A DNA stretch of 63,872 nt, counting the filler, from Welwitschia mirabilis (lineage: Eukaryota), in NCBI GenBank assembly GCA_051453625.1. It is 7 parts of one record of this genome, joined end to end, with 100 filler letters (N's around TTAATTAATTAA, not from the genome) between each part and the next. Parts side by side here need not be neighbours in the genome. Positions count along the whole stretch, not along the records: positions 11,596 to 30,317 come from JBOZIK010000001.1; positions 30,418 to 46,495 come from JBOZIK010000001.1; 5 more parts are not named here. One strand, given 5' to 3'. The notes under the pieces were generated by a model that saw only the letters and a program-made list of their open reading frames with translations, made no database searches and was not told the DNA's origin. This document shows positions 25,359-37,849 of this stretch, in pieces. Numbering within the stretch: position 1 is the stretch's first letter; every line of letters begins with the position of its first letter. Position numbers and translations under genes: made by a program.

Positions 25359-27258
25359 ACTAAAAGAACTAAGATCATTATTAGGTCATATGGGGTGTTA
25401 TAAAAGATTTATTGCTAATTTTAATAAAATTGTTAAACCATTAAGAAATCTTCTATAAAAGGATGTACCTTATGAATGGATCCAAGAATCCAAAAAGATT
25501 TTCAAATTCTTAAAGATAAGTTATTTCATATTGGTATTTTATAAAAACTAGTTCGGGATAGAAGGATTCTTTGAAATATGTTGTTGGTATTATTTTGGGA
25601 TAGAGGGATGATAACTGTAAACCCTATGCTATTTCTTATATAAGTAAAAAGCTTAATTCTGCAAAACAAAACTACATAATTATAGGAAAAGAGATGCGAG
25701 CTATAGTAGTAGCCTTAGATAATTTTAGGCATTATATGCTAAGTTACGAAGTAAAGCTTCATACCAATCATAGTGCCATAATTTTGAATGAATAATAAAG
25801 AAGTAAATTATTGAATTATAAGATGGATACTTTTGATGTAGGAATTTGATCTGAAAATAATAGACAAAAACAAGAATAGAGAATGTGATGGCTGATCACC
25901 TATATATGCTAGAATTCCTTTAAGATGCTGAACAAATGGACACTTAACATGATTTCTCTAATGATAATTTAGTAAGTTTGCAACAAGCACCTTGGTTTGT
26001 AGACATTACTAACTTCTTAGTGAGTAAGAAGATGTCATCTTACTTAAACTATTATGAGAATAAGAGACCATTGAAAGAAGTAAAATATTATATATGGGAG
26101 AACAAGATCCTCTTCAGATTTTGTAGGGATGATTTCATCAGGAGGTGTGTGGAAGAGCTTGATTAGAAGGAACTTATACAAACTTTTCATGAAGAAGAAG
26201 GAGGAGATCATTATGGAGGAAAAAGAATAGTCATACAAATTCTAAATGTAGGATATTATTTACTTTCTCTATTTAAGGACTATTTTAATTACATATAAAG
26301 GGTGTGATAAGTGTCAAAGAGAGGAAGCATGGTCCAAGGTGATGGAAATTTCCCAAAAATGGATTCAAGCCTTAGAATCCTTCAATGCCTAATGGATAGT
26401 TTTCTTTATACCCATTAATTCAAAATCCTATTAAAAAAATACATTCTAGTCTATGTGGATTATTTGACTAGATGAACTGAAGCTGAGGCTATTCCTAACT
26501 ATTCCATTGAAGCGGTAGTTAAATTATTGTCTAGGAATATCTTTCATTACTTTGGTATGCCTAAGAGTCCTATATTAGATAGAAGAACCCAATTTACTAG
26601 TTAAGTTTTTAAAAATTTTTTGTCTAAGTATGAAGTCCATCATAAACTCTCTTGTGCTTACCACCCCAAATCCAATGGTTAAGCTGAGGTCACAAATAGG
26701 ACGTTGAACCAAATTTTAACTATAATAGTGAATACCAAAATCACTAATTGGGCATGTAAACTTACTAAAAAATTATGGGCCTACAGGATAACTTGAAAAA
26801 GTAGTTTGAATTTCACACCTCATGAATTAGTCAATGGTAAAAAGGTAACTTTACCTATTGAGTTAAGACTAACATCCTATAAATTGGCTAAATAATTAGA
26901 TCATAATCTAGATAAATTTCAAAAAAATGGATCTAAAACATGAATAAATTGGATGAAGATAGAAGAGAAGCCCTAATAAGAAAGGAATTGATCAAAATAT
27001 AATTAAAAGAGTGGCATGAACATAATGTTCATAGAACTAATTTTAAAATTGGAGATAAAATCTTGGTTTTTAGTCCTCAATATATATCTTCTAAACAAAA
27101 GTATACTAAAAATGGATTGAACCATACACTTTAATGAAAATTTACCTAATGGAGCAATGAAAGTGTTTAATAAAGAAACTAAGAACACATATCAAGTCAA
27201 TGATTATAGAATCAAAACTTATACAAAAAGAATTTCACTCTTAGAAGAGATGGAATAA
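25359..27258 (+). pseudogene. pol: Ty3/gypsy pol fragment, element D (RT thumb, RNase H, integrase)
   Basis: KELRSLLGHMGCYKRFI; KKLNSAKQNY; NVMADHL; APWFVDITNFL...ILFRFCRDDFIRRCV; HEEEGGDHYGG; AYHPKSNG*AEVTNR. Confidence 0.9.
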
Positions 27259-28874
27259 ACTTATAGGATAGAAAAGATTCTATTCATATATTTCCCTCCA
27301 TAGTCCTATAGTATTTTGATAAAAATAAAAATATAAAATAATAATAATAAACAAATAAATAAAAGGCTAAAAGGTTTAACTTTTAAGAAAGAAAAAGGGA
27401 TGTTTTTCAAATTAGAAGAATTTTTGCTTGGTAGGTGAAAGTATCTCTTATAGGAATCAGTAAGACTTTAAGAAGGAATAAGTTATAAATGGTAAGAATG
27501 ACTAGATTATAAAAGAAAATAAAGGTATTTTTGCAATCATTTATGCTATCATTGGGAAAAAAAGAAAGAGCAATGTCCTATCATAAGTACACCAGGTTAA
27601 ATATTCTCGAGTGGGACCTATAGTAGTGTAATAAGGTAGCTATGAGAACTCCATCAAGGGATCAGTTGGCCATGATCGATTTTACAAATCTATGGGTCCT
27701 TATTCTTATAACAGTGGTTGTACTCTCCTCATTACATCAATAATTATTGATGTATTTTCAAGGCTAAATTTACCAACTCTTACTAAACAAAGATGATTAA
27801 TTTATTAAGCTAGGTTGTGGACTTATTACAACCAATTATCTATGCAATATTATATAGGAATAATGCCATAAAAAGTGGTGTGGAATACTTTTCATGATAT
27901 TTTTTATATGGTAATTACTAGGGGTTTTCCCTTATTAGATTAATCCCATTTTTCTTTGGATGTATCCCATTTTTAGGGTCTATTCCTTTCTTGAGTATTT
28001 CTCTTTTAAATGTTGGATTTGTCCCTTATGATGGTTAGTCCATATTATCATCATCAGTTCACATTATTGTGGCATGGTTAGTTGACTTTGTAATGGTTAG
28101 TTTGCACTTGATATTATTGGTTCCACATGGAATGTTATACTAGAGGCATGTTCTAGTACTTTATTTGTAATGATAATCTAATTTTTATATTTGTTATTAA
28201 AGGGTTTTTTTTGGATATTTCTAAGGATCAAACTCCATAATTAAGTAGTTTTTAAAGTGACTTCCTAATTTTCCTCTCTTGTTATCCAAACTTCCCTATT
28301 TTTATTGTTTTTTAAGGGTGTTTAAACCCCTCTACATTAGTGAAAAAAGAAGAAAAGTTAATTGATATTAATATTGTAAGTTCTCTAGAATTTTCACATA
28401 GTTCTTAGGCCTCATCATGATTAAGGGATTTTTAGATCCCACATGTCTAAAATACTAAAAACCTTCATGCATCAGTGAACTTCACTTACCTAGGTAAGAA
28501 TCCCATAATCTATAGGTTAAGGACTCAATTTTCTGAAAGCCTTAGTCTACCCTCACCCATATGAAATGAATCTCATTTTCAACATCCACATGTAATGAAT
28601 CTCATTTTTGGCCCTAAGTGGATTATGAGCTTCTAGTACTAGAATATCATCCAATGTGAGCCTACTAATATTTAATAGTTCAATCCTAATATCTTCATAC
28701 TAATGATTGTTTTAATTGTGTTGTGGAGTTTCTTCAATGGATGATGATCATATAAGTCATTATCCAAACATTTCTCCATACAGAGGGTAGTGCTTGATAG
28801 GTTGTATGTTAGTTAGGCCATTCCACTTTCTATAAACAAGGTATTATCTATGCAAAATGGCCAAGTAACAATAT

Positions 28875-30229
28875 TGTTGAGAACCCATTATCATTGATTA
28901 AATTAACAAGTTTTTGTAAGATAGTCTTATGTGCAGGTATTCTCCAGACTTGGCTGACTGATGGTTAATATCGGGCGACCGAATGTTTAAGAACTGTTAA
29001 CACTGATTCAAAATCAGGTTACCGCACATTATTTTCTGGGCGACAACATTTCACTCGGATTGATACAATCTACTATCCCTAAGGACAACCGAGCTTAATC
29101 ATAAAGGCAACCACATTTCACTCGGACTATTACAATCTGCTATCCCTAAGGGTGACTGAGCTTAATCATAAGGGAGACTACATTTCACTTAGACTGATAC
29201 AATCTGCTATCCCTAAGGGTGACTGAGCTTAATCATAAGAGCGATCGCATTTCACTTGAACTGATACAATCTGCTATCCCTAAGGGTGATCGAGATTATT
29301 CACATGGGTGACCGTATGACTTACAGTATACTTTAACCTGCTAGAAACATGGGCGACCACAAATTTTAACAAGGGCGACCTCACGACATGCAGTTCATAT
29401 GGGCGACCAAAGATGTCTATATGGGTGACCCTACGATATGCAGTAAGAGTTCTATTAACAGCATTACGGGTGACTCACCATAACTATATGGATAACCTAG
29501 TCAAGGGCAATCGGGTATTTTCACAAGGGAGACCGATCTTGCACCACATCCAGTACTAAGAGAATTTGTGAAAATACAAGGCGACTGAAAGATAAAACAC
29601 GGGCGACTGCAGTTATGGTCAACCGAATACAATAGAAGATCGACCTTACAATGAAAAATTATATCCATTGTGAACACAACAATTCATCTGAAAAGCGCAA
29701 TGGTTATTTAGAACATTGCAATGATTCCTTTCCTTGTTCTTAAATGGTCTTATGATTTCTCTCTATTATAAAAGCCTTCCTCTAAACACAAGAAAAACAA
29801 TGATGATAGTAGAATTAAAAATTGAACTAGAATTGATATATGTCATATGTGCTTATCTAAACTATTCAGAAAAGATTCAGATTTTTGTTGTACTTGCATT
29901 ATTATATCACATTACAAAGAAGATAGTTGTGCTTTAGAGATTACATCTGTGCATTTGTGCATCCATCTCACTTTCCTTTATTCTTGGTTGAGGATAAGCT
30001 ACAAAATCCTCTATAGTTGTGAAAGCTTATTTGGTGAGCCTAAAAACCAATCATTTGAGTTAATATATGCTAGCTAGGATAAGGAGTCTATAAGGCTAAA
30101 GGTTGGTGTCTATCCACCAGTATATACCTTGTTTTGGTATATTTTTATATATTAGTTTTTGTAGGTTATTGAAAAACAGGGAGACAGAAATTCAAAACGG
30201 ACCTATTCACCCCTCTCTAGGGTTAATCC
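28875..30229 (+). repeat. Family A copy 2 5' LTR (3' end deleted), with ~61-bp tandem array at 29045-29300
   Basis: Colinear with 33250-34620 and with the reverse complement of 368-1807. Confidence 0.9.
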
Positions 30230-30417
30230 TAACAGATATCTGCTCCTCTTATCCCTAGAAAAATGAGTCAACCCACTGAAGGAAATTCTATCACCAGACC
30301 TCCCTTCTTCAATGGAANNNNNNNNNNNNNNNNNNNNNNNNNNNNNNNNNNNNNNNNNNNNTTAATTAATTAANNNNNNNNNNNNNNNNNNNNNNNNNNN
30401 NNNNNNNNNNNNNNNNN

Positions 30418-31373
30418 TTTTTGGATCAACAAATGAAAACTTGTCAAATGATTTTGCCAAACTCATGAGTTCTGAATTTGAAATGAGCATGGTTAGACCT
30501 GTAAATATGTTTTTGGGCCTATAAATTCAGCAGCGCAAATAGGAAATCTTTATCAATCAAAAGAAATATTCTTTAGATTTGATTAAAAAATTCAAAGTGG
30601 AAAATGTAAAGTGTATGGACTCACCACTAGCCACAAATGTTAAACTATCTTTAGATGAACATGGCAAGGATATAGATCAAAACCTATATCGTAGTATTAT
30701 TGGAAGTCTATTATATCTAGCGGCTAGTCACCCAGATATAGCCTTTAGTATTGGCTTGTGTGCCAGATATCAAAGCAAACCTAAAGAATCACATCTCATA
30801 GCTGCAAAGAGAATAATACGTTATGTGAAAGGTACTCTAGATTTTCATTTATAGTTTTCAAATGATACTTTTGTAAGTCTAATAGGATATAGTGATGTGG
30901 ATTGGGCTGGATGCAAAGATGATCATAAGAGCATAAGTGGTGGATGTTTCTTCTTTGGAAATTGTCTTACAGCCTGGTATAGTAAAAAATAATGCTTTAT
31001 ATCCCTTTCTACCACTGAGGCTGAATACATAGTTGTTGGCGTCTGTTGCACTCAGACTTTGTGAATGAAAGAAACATTAAAGGACTATGGACTGAACATA
31101 TTGGAATTACCAATCTTATGTGACAACTCGAGTGCTATTCAAATAGATCACAACCCAGTCCAATACACACAAACCAAACACATCGATATCAGGTACCACT
31201 TCATTCGTGAATTAGTTGAAAAGAAAATTATATTTTTAGAATATGTTTTCACAGAAGAACAATTGGCTGATATTTTCACAAAACCTCTTTCTTCAGATCG
31301 TTTTCAAACCCTTTGATATTTCTTGGGTATCAAGTTCGAAAGGGACTTGCCTCAACCAGCCTCCTCTGAATAA
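30418..31373 (+). pseudogene. pol: Copia RT C-terminus and RNase H
   Basis: FGSTNE...MSSEFEMSM; LYRSIIGSLLYLAASHPDIAFSIGLCARYQSKPKESHL; GYSDVDWAGCKDD; LCDNSSAIQI...TKHIDIRYHFIRE...QLADIFTKPL. Confidence 0.93.
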
Positions 31374-31859
31374 ATAAATTTAGTTTGGAGGGTTCAAATC
31401 TTTTTAAATTTTACACTTCTTGAACCCTGGTTGACCTCATTATCAATTAGGGTGACCGCTTTCTTCCTAGTTTTCTCTTTGTTAGACTTTCTTCCCACTG
31501 GGTTGACCACATATCTTATTAAGTTGACTGATTCACTCCTAGATTTTCCTGTAAAATCATATAGATTGTGGGTTAACCAAACACCTTATTTCGGTCGACC
31601 TCGTTCTTTTAGTGTTTTTATCTAGTTACATCAGGTCGACCTCTTGTTTTCTTAGGTCAACCGGTCTTTAGCCAGATTTTCTTAGTAAAATTTTTTGCCT
31701 CAAAGGATCGACCACTAATTTCCTTAGGTTGATCACCGACTTACACTTTCTTTTTAAATCTTTTACATGGATCGACCAACCATGCGATCGGTCACCCGCA
31801 TTTAAGGTAGTGCACCACGGATTTTTAAATCCACCCCTCTTTTCTTTTGTCTCATTCGG

Positions 31860-32900
31860 TTGGCACCTTCTTCGTCATTTTCTGAGCTTTTTAGGGATCC
31901 TCTTCCACTTGTTCCACGTGTTACTTATCAGANNNNNNNNNNNNNNNNNNNNNNNNNNNNNNNNNNNNNNNNNNNNNNNNNNNNNNNNNNNNNNNNNNNN
32001 NNNNNNNNNNNNNNNNNNNNCTCTCAAATGTCCTCTAAGCAACTTTCCCATTTTGAAAAGCATTTTGAGACAAATCCTATTGCTTTTGAGAGGACTTGTA
32101 AACCTATGCAATTTCTTAGCCTCAGGGAGATCCAGACTCTTTTGGAAGAAGTGAACTGGGGGCATTTTCTCCATGTCTCTGGCACCTGCTACCCCTTAGT
32201 TATCAGGCTATTCTATTCGAGTGCCAGGTACGATGCCTCCCAGTTCACCTTCATTACCTCTATTTTTGGCCAAAAATGCATATTACGGCAGATCTGATAG
32301 CGTCCCTCACTGGTCTTCTAAGAGAAAACGGGGGAGAGTACTGGCCAATGGCAGAATCTTTTGAGGAAAAAGATGTAGCTACTCACCATGTGTGTGGCAC
32401 ACACATTACCTAGAAAAAGACTCTCAAAGCTTCCCAACTTCTTCCTCACTTTTGGCTGCTGCTGCACCTCATCATGTCTTACAACTTCCTCCCAGTTTCA
32501 GGGCACAGAGATAAGCTTTCCAACTATCGAGTCTATCTCATGTATGCTCTAGATCGGAGAAGAGATTTAGATGCTCCTATAATCATGCTCAAGCATATGG
32601 TAAACTAGCTCTAGCCACACAAATGACTTGCCCTACCCTATCCTTTCCTTATCAGTTGGATTTGTCATCACTTTAACATTCCTCATCTTACTAGTTAGGA
32701 GATCCAGAAGCCTATGGAGCCTATAGATCATGGCATGTTATTAAGGATGCACATTTTTTAAGAACTTGCAGCTCCTTTTAGGCCTAAGATGAAGGCCTCT
32801 CAAACTCTAGAAATTCTTCATCTTCTTCATCAGATTGATTTGCAGACTCCTCACATCAAGGAGGCCTTGATTGCTAGTGGGACTCCTATTGCTGATACCT
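31860..32900 (+). pseudogene. Sirevirus env-like extra ORF, family A
   Basis: GTCYPLVIRLFYSSARYD...GEYWPMAESFEEK...LHLIMSYNFLPVSGHRDKLSNYRVYLMYAL; homologous to the family B env-like ORFs. Confidence 0.78.
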
Positions 32901-32977
32901 CTTAGAGTGAGGGAGCTTAGGCTTCTACTTCCTCTGAGTTTGATTGAGTCTTTGTGTCCTCCCTGTCCTTGATTTCA

Positions 32978-33249
32978 TCAAAAATGGGGAGAAAAAGTTC
33001 TTGTAACATCTATGTCATTTTTATGTATTACAAGTTAGTCAAAATTATAACTTTTAGATGTAATAAAACTTGTTTGAGTAATACAAAGAAGTGAATTTTT
33101 TTGTGTACAACTTTCATATGTTTCTTCTGATGATTTTTATATATATACAAAACTTGTTTAAATTCAATAATTTTTCAAGTTATATTAGATAGGGGGAGAA
33201 CCCAAATGTTAAATTATTGTTTTCTTCAATCAATGAAAAAGGGGGAGAT
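32978..33249 (+). promoter_or_regulatory. Multiple polypurine tracts (Sirevirus signature)
   Basis: AAAAATGGGGAGAA (~32980), AGGGGGAGAA (~33191) and AAAAAGGGGGAGAT (33236-33249) immediately before the LTR. Confidence 0.85.
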
Positions 33250-34630
33250 TGTTGAGAACCCATTATCATTGATTTAATTAACAAGTTTTTGTAAGATAGT
33301 CTTATGTGCAGGTATTCTCTAGACTCGACTAACTGATGGTTAATATCAGACGATCGAATGTTCAAGAACTGTTAACACTGATTAAAAATCGGACAACTGC
33401 ATATTATTTTCCAGGTGACCGCATTTCACTCGGACTGATATAATCTGCTATCCCTAAGGGCGATTGAGCTTAATCATAAGGGCGACCACATTTCACTCGG
33501 ACTGATACAATTTGCTATTCCTAAGGGCAACTAAGCTTAATCATAAGGGCGACTGCATTTTACTCGGATTGATACAATCTGCTATTCCTAAGGGCGACTG
33601 AGCTTAATCATAAGGGCGACTGCATTTCACTTAGACTGATACAATCTACTATTCCTAAGGGCGATCGAGATTATTCACATGGGTAACTTTATGACTTGTA
33701 GTATACTCTAACCTGCTAGAAACACGGGCGATCATAAATGTTAACAAGGATAACCTCACGACATGCAGTGAGCCTCATCCAGATAGACATACGGATGACC
33801 AAAGATGTCTATATGGGCAACCCTATGATACGTAGCAAGAGTTCTACTAACAGCATTATGAGCGACCTACCATAACTATACGGGCGACCTAGTCAAGGGC
33901 AACTGAGTATTTTCATAAGGGAGACCGATCTTGCACCACATCTGATACTGAGAAAATCTGTGAGAATACAGAGCAACCGAAAGATAAAACACAGGCAACC
34001 ACAATTACGGTCGACCGAATACAATGGAAGATCAACCTTACAATAAAAAATTATATTCGTTGTGAATACAACAATTCATCTGAAAAGTGCAATAGTTATT
34101 TAGAACATTGCAAGGGTTCCTTTCCTTGTGCTTAAATGGTCTTATGATTTCTCTCTATTATAAAACCTTCCTCTAAACACAAGAAAAACACTGATGATTA
34201 TAGAATCAAAAATTGAATTGGAATTGATATATGTCATACATACTTATCTGAACTATTTAGAAAAGATTCAGATTTCTATTGTACTTTTATTATTATATCA
34301 CACTGCAAAGGAGATAGCTATGCTTTAGATATTACATCTGTGCATTTATGCATCCATCTCACTTTTCTTTATTCTTGGTTGAAGATAAGCTACAAAATCC
34401 TTTATGGTTGTGAAAGGTTATTTGGTGAGCCTGAAAACCAATCATTTGAGTTAATATATACCAGCTAGGACAAGGACTCTACAAGGCTGAAGGGTGATGT
34501 CTATCCACTAGTATATACCTTGTTTTAATATATTTTTATATATTGGTTTTTGCAGGTTATTAAAAAACAAGGAGATAAAAATTCGAAATGGACCTATTCA
34601 CTCCCCTCTAGGGTCGATCCATGTTTATCA
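33250..34630 (+). repeat. Family A copy 2 3' LTR, with ~61-bp tandem array at 33420-33670
   Basis: TG...CA termini; preceded by the PPT and followed by the TSD. Confidence 0.92.
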
Positions 34631-35734
34631 AATATCATGTTATCCACCACCTACATCAATGCTTGATAGATACTTTAACATCTTGATCCTATAAGTTAGA
34701 GAAATTAGAGAAATCACATAGGTTTTTATCCATCTTAACTTTGGTTGGTATTTTTCTTTTTTTATTAAAATACTCTAGTAGTATACTAAGTTTTCATCTA
34801 TCAGAAAAGGCTAGACCTCTATTATTAAATGGTTAAATAAGAGCCTAGCATCCTTTCGGTTCTTTATTGGATCAATAATATTTTATCTCTGACTAAGAAC
34901 CCCTTTGAAAATTTATTAGGATCCTTTATGTCATCACACTTAAAAAATACTTTATAAGGCTTAATGATACCTAGCTAGTTACTAAGCCCCATAAGAACAT
35001 GGAAGCCTCTTATATCTTCAACCATTAACTTCTTATCTTTTAAAGATCCTAACAGAGAAAAAAAGGATGCTCCTTCAAAAGCTTGCCATATCTATCATAT
35101 CCCATATTTTGTAAACCTTATTTACTTGAATATTAAGTATATTAAGCTTTTACTCAAATAATTAATTATCCTTATTTAAATTCCTTATCAAAATAAGATG
35201 TTATTTTAAAATAATGTTAGTTTGTAAATTTTATAATTTACTATAAAAATAAAAAAATTATGTTAGAAGGTTCTATGAGAAAATCTATCCAAACATTTAA
35301 ACTTAGATGATCCCATTATCCAAAGAAGTAAAATCACATAAATTGAAAACTTCAAAAGGAAATAATAATATATTTTTGCATCTTATTTACTCATTTAAAG
35401 TCTTGGTAAATGTGATAGGTATGCTATATTATGAATAAATATTTTCTTTCTTGTGTTATGAGATTGATAGACTTTAAGCATTTTTAAATAATAAACACAT
35501 GCACTCTTACCTAGAACCAAGAATGATAAATGAGTAGATTTACTCTACCATGAATTTTATGATTTTTGAAATGTATAATGGTACTTTGTTCATAGCATAC
35601 TCAGTGCTTTATTTATTGAAATCAAATAGTTAATCTCATTTTGCCACATTTGAATTTTAAGATTTATGCATTTATTTTTTTATGCATTTCTTGGATTAAT
35701 TAAATTTACTTATGAGTTTATTAAGAATTAAAAA

Positions 35735-37205
35735 TAGCTAGCATGAGGAAATAATGCATGTAATTAATTTTGTTAACTAAATCATGAAGATTAACCATGT
35801 AGTTAGGTGCATGAGTTATAAATATGATACCTTTTTTTACTCTAATATCACTTATTACTTATCCCACTTATCAATGATAAATCATATGATCTTTAGCTAT
35901 ATGCCTTTGTTTATCCATATATAAAGATCCTTTTCTCTCTTGTAAAAAGGAGATACTTTCCATTTGTTTCATACAAGTGCATTTTCATTTTCCTCTCTTT
36001 TTCTCTCTTTTTTTTTTCATTCTCTTACTTTGGAGCTTGGAGCTTGAAAGCTTAAAATTAATAAATTCTTGAGCTTGGATATTTATTAATCTTTAACTAT
36101 TAAGGTCTTACTAATCTTTCCATGCAAGCTCTTACTCATATGATCCATATAATTTTTTTAATTGGAATGATGTTATATTTCATTAGAAAATTATTTATGA
36201 CTTTTATCCAATTATGTTATAAAATATTATTCCCTCCCATTAGCTCCCACCAAGATGTTATAGTGAGATATGAGGAGTCTTTTATGCTTAATGATGGAGG
36301 ATTACTAATGGATAATTATGGCCAAGTGGCCAGGGGGTTCACTATTTAGAGGGAAAAAAATTGGTATCCATGTTTATTTTAGTATTATATTTTTTANNNN
36401 NNNNNNNNNNNNNNNNNNNNNNNNNNNNNNNNNNNNNNNNNNNNNNNNNNNNNNNNNNNNNNNNNNNNNNNNNNNNNNNNNNNNNNNNNNNNNNNNTTAA
36501 CTTACTTATACACCTATGAAGGATTAAAAAAAGCTAGCATAAGGAAATGATGCATGCAATTAACCTTGCTAATTAAGGCAAAAAGATTAGTCATCCTAGT
36601 TGGGTGTATGAGCCATAACTATAATCTCTTTTTATACTCTAATGTTACTTATTAGTCATCCCACTTATCAATGCTAAATCATGTGATATTGTGGTCTTGA
36701 TCTATATGCCTTTGTTTATCTATATATAGAGATTCTTTCCTCTCTTGTAAAAGAAAATAATTTCCTTTTGTTTTATACAAGTGTATTTCTTTTTTTCTCT
36801 CTCTTTCTTTCTTTCTTTCACATTCTTACTTATGGATCTTAGAGCTTGAAAGCTTTAAGCGAAGGAACTCTTGAGCTTGTATCTTCATCAATTTTTAACT
36901 ATTAAAGTCTTACTAATCTTTCTAAGTAAGCTTTTTACTTCTATTATCCATATGATCTCTTTTATCTATTATAATAATGTGATATTAAATTAGAAAACTA
37001 TTTATGGCTTTTATGTAATTATATTATAAAATATTATCCCTCCCATTGGCTCTCATCAAGGCTTTATAGTGAGATATGAGTGGTTTCTTATGCTTGATGT
37101 TGTAGGATTACTAATGAATAATTATGACTAAATGACCATGGGGTTTACTATTAATTAAGGGGAAAAAAAGAGGAATTTATGTATCCATGTTTATTTAATA
37201 TTATA
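35735..37205 (+). repeat. Two diverged direct copies of a ~660-bp unit (35735-36396 and 36530-37205), possibly LTR/UTR of an old element
   Basis: Shared blocks GCTAGCATGAGGAAATAATGCATG, CCCACTTATCAATG, GAGCTTGAAAGCTT, TCCCTCCCATT, GGATTACTAATG, GTATCCATGTTTATTT. Confidence 0.7.
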
Positions 37206-37849
37206 TATATATACACACCATCTTATTAAGGGCAAGGTCTAATCCTCAAAGATCGCTTTAGGCTAGTACTCTTTCATGGAAATCCCAAGGCTCATAATAA
37301 ATTGTTATTTTTGAATTACCTTGATTTTTCTTTCTACATTAATTTTTCTTTCTATAAGTAATTAGTTAGTGTATCTATTATTTTATTAATTTAAGTTATT
37401 ATTTAACTAGTTGTAAAAACTTTATCAAATTTTTGTTATGGTGAAAATTAAATTTCCATAATAGAGGCATAGGATAAGATATCATATCTTATCAATTAGT
37501 AGGTATAAATTAATAAAATCTGTTCTAAGTCTAGGATTATGTTATAAATGTGAAAATGTAAAATTAGTAATTTTTTAGATGGATAATTATTTTCAAAAAA
37601 ATTATTTGTTAGAATACATTAGAAAATAAATGTAGAAAATAGTAATTATGTGATTTATATTTTTGTATCTATCTATTAAAATATCTACAAACTTGAGTAG
37701 TTTAAATTGTAGTAAATATACTAAGCTTTTTAGAACATCTTAAATTATTTAATAACTCAAAGTATTTTAAAAGTTATAGTCATTTTAGTGAAATGTAGTA
37801 GGACTATAATTTTAGAAAATTTAACAATTCTTATCCTTAAATAATAATC

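Larger units (their letters stand above)
28875..34630 (+). mobile_element. Sirevirus-like LTR retrotransposon, family A copy 2, both ends present (most of gag-pol lost in a gap)
   Basis: LTRs 28875-~30229 and 33250-34630, both starting TGTTGAGAAC, the 3' LTR ending TCA; TSD AATAT at 28870-28874 and 34631-34635; gag start 30263; RT/RH; env-like ORF; multiple PPTs. Confidence 0.93.

Noticed and set aside
27760..28335. Possible solo LTR ending CCCCTCTACA (similarly 54308-54706)
   Set aside because: No matching 5' TG terminus with a TSD could be identified.
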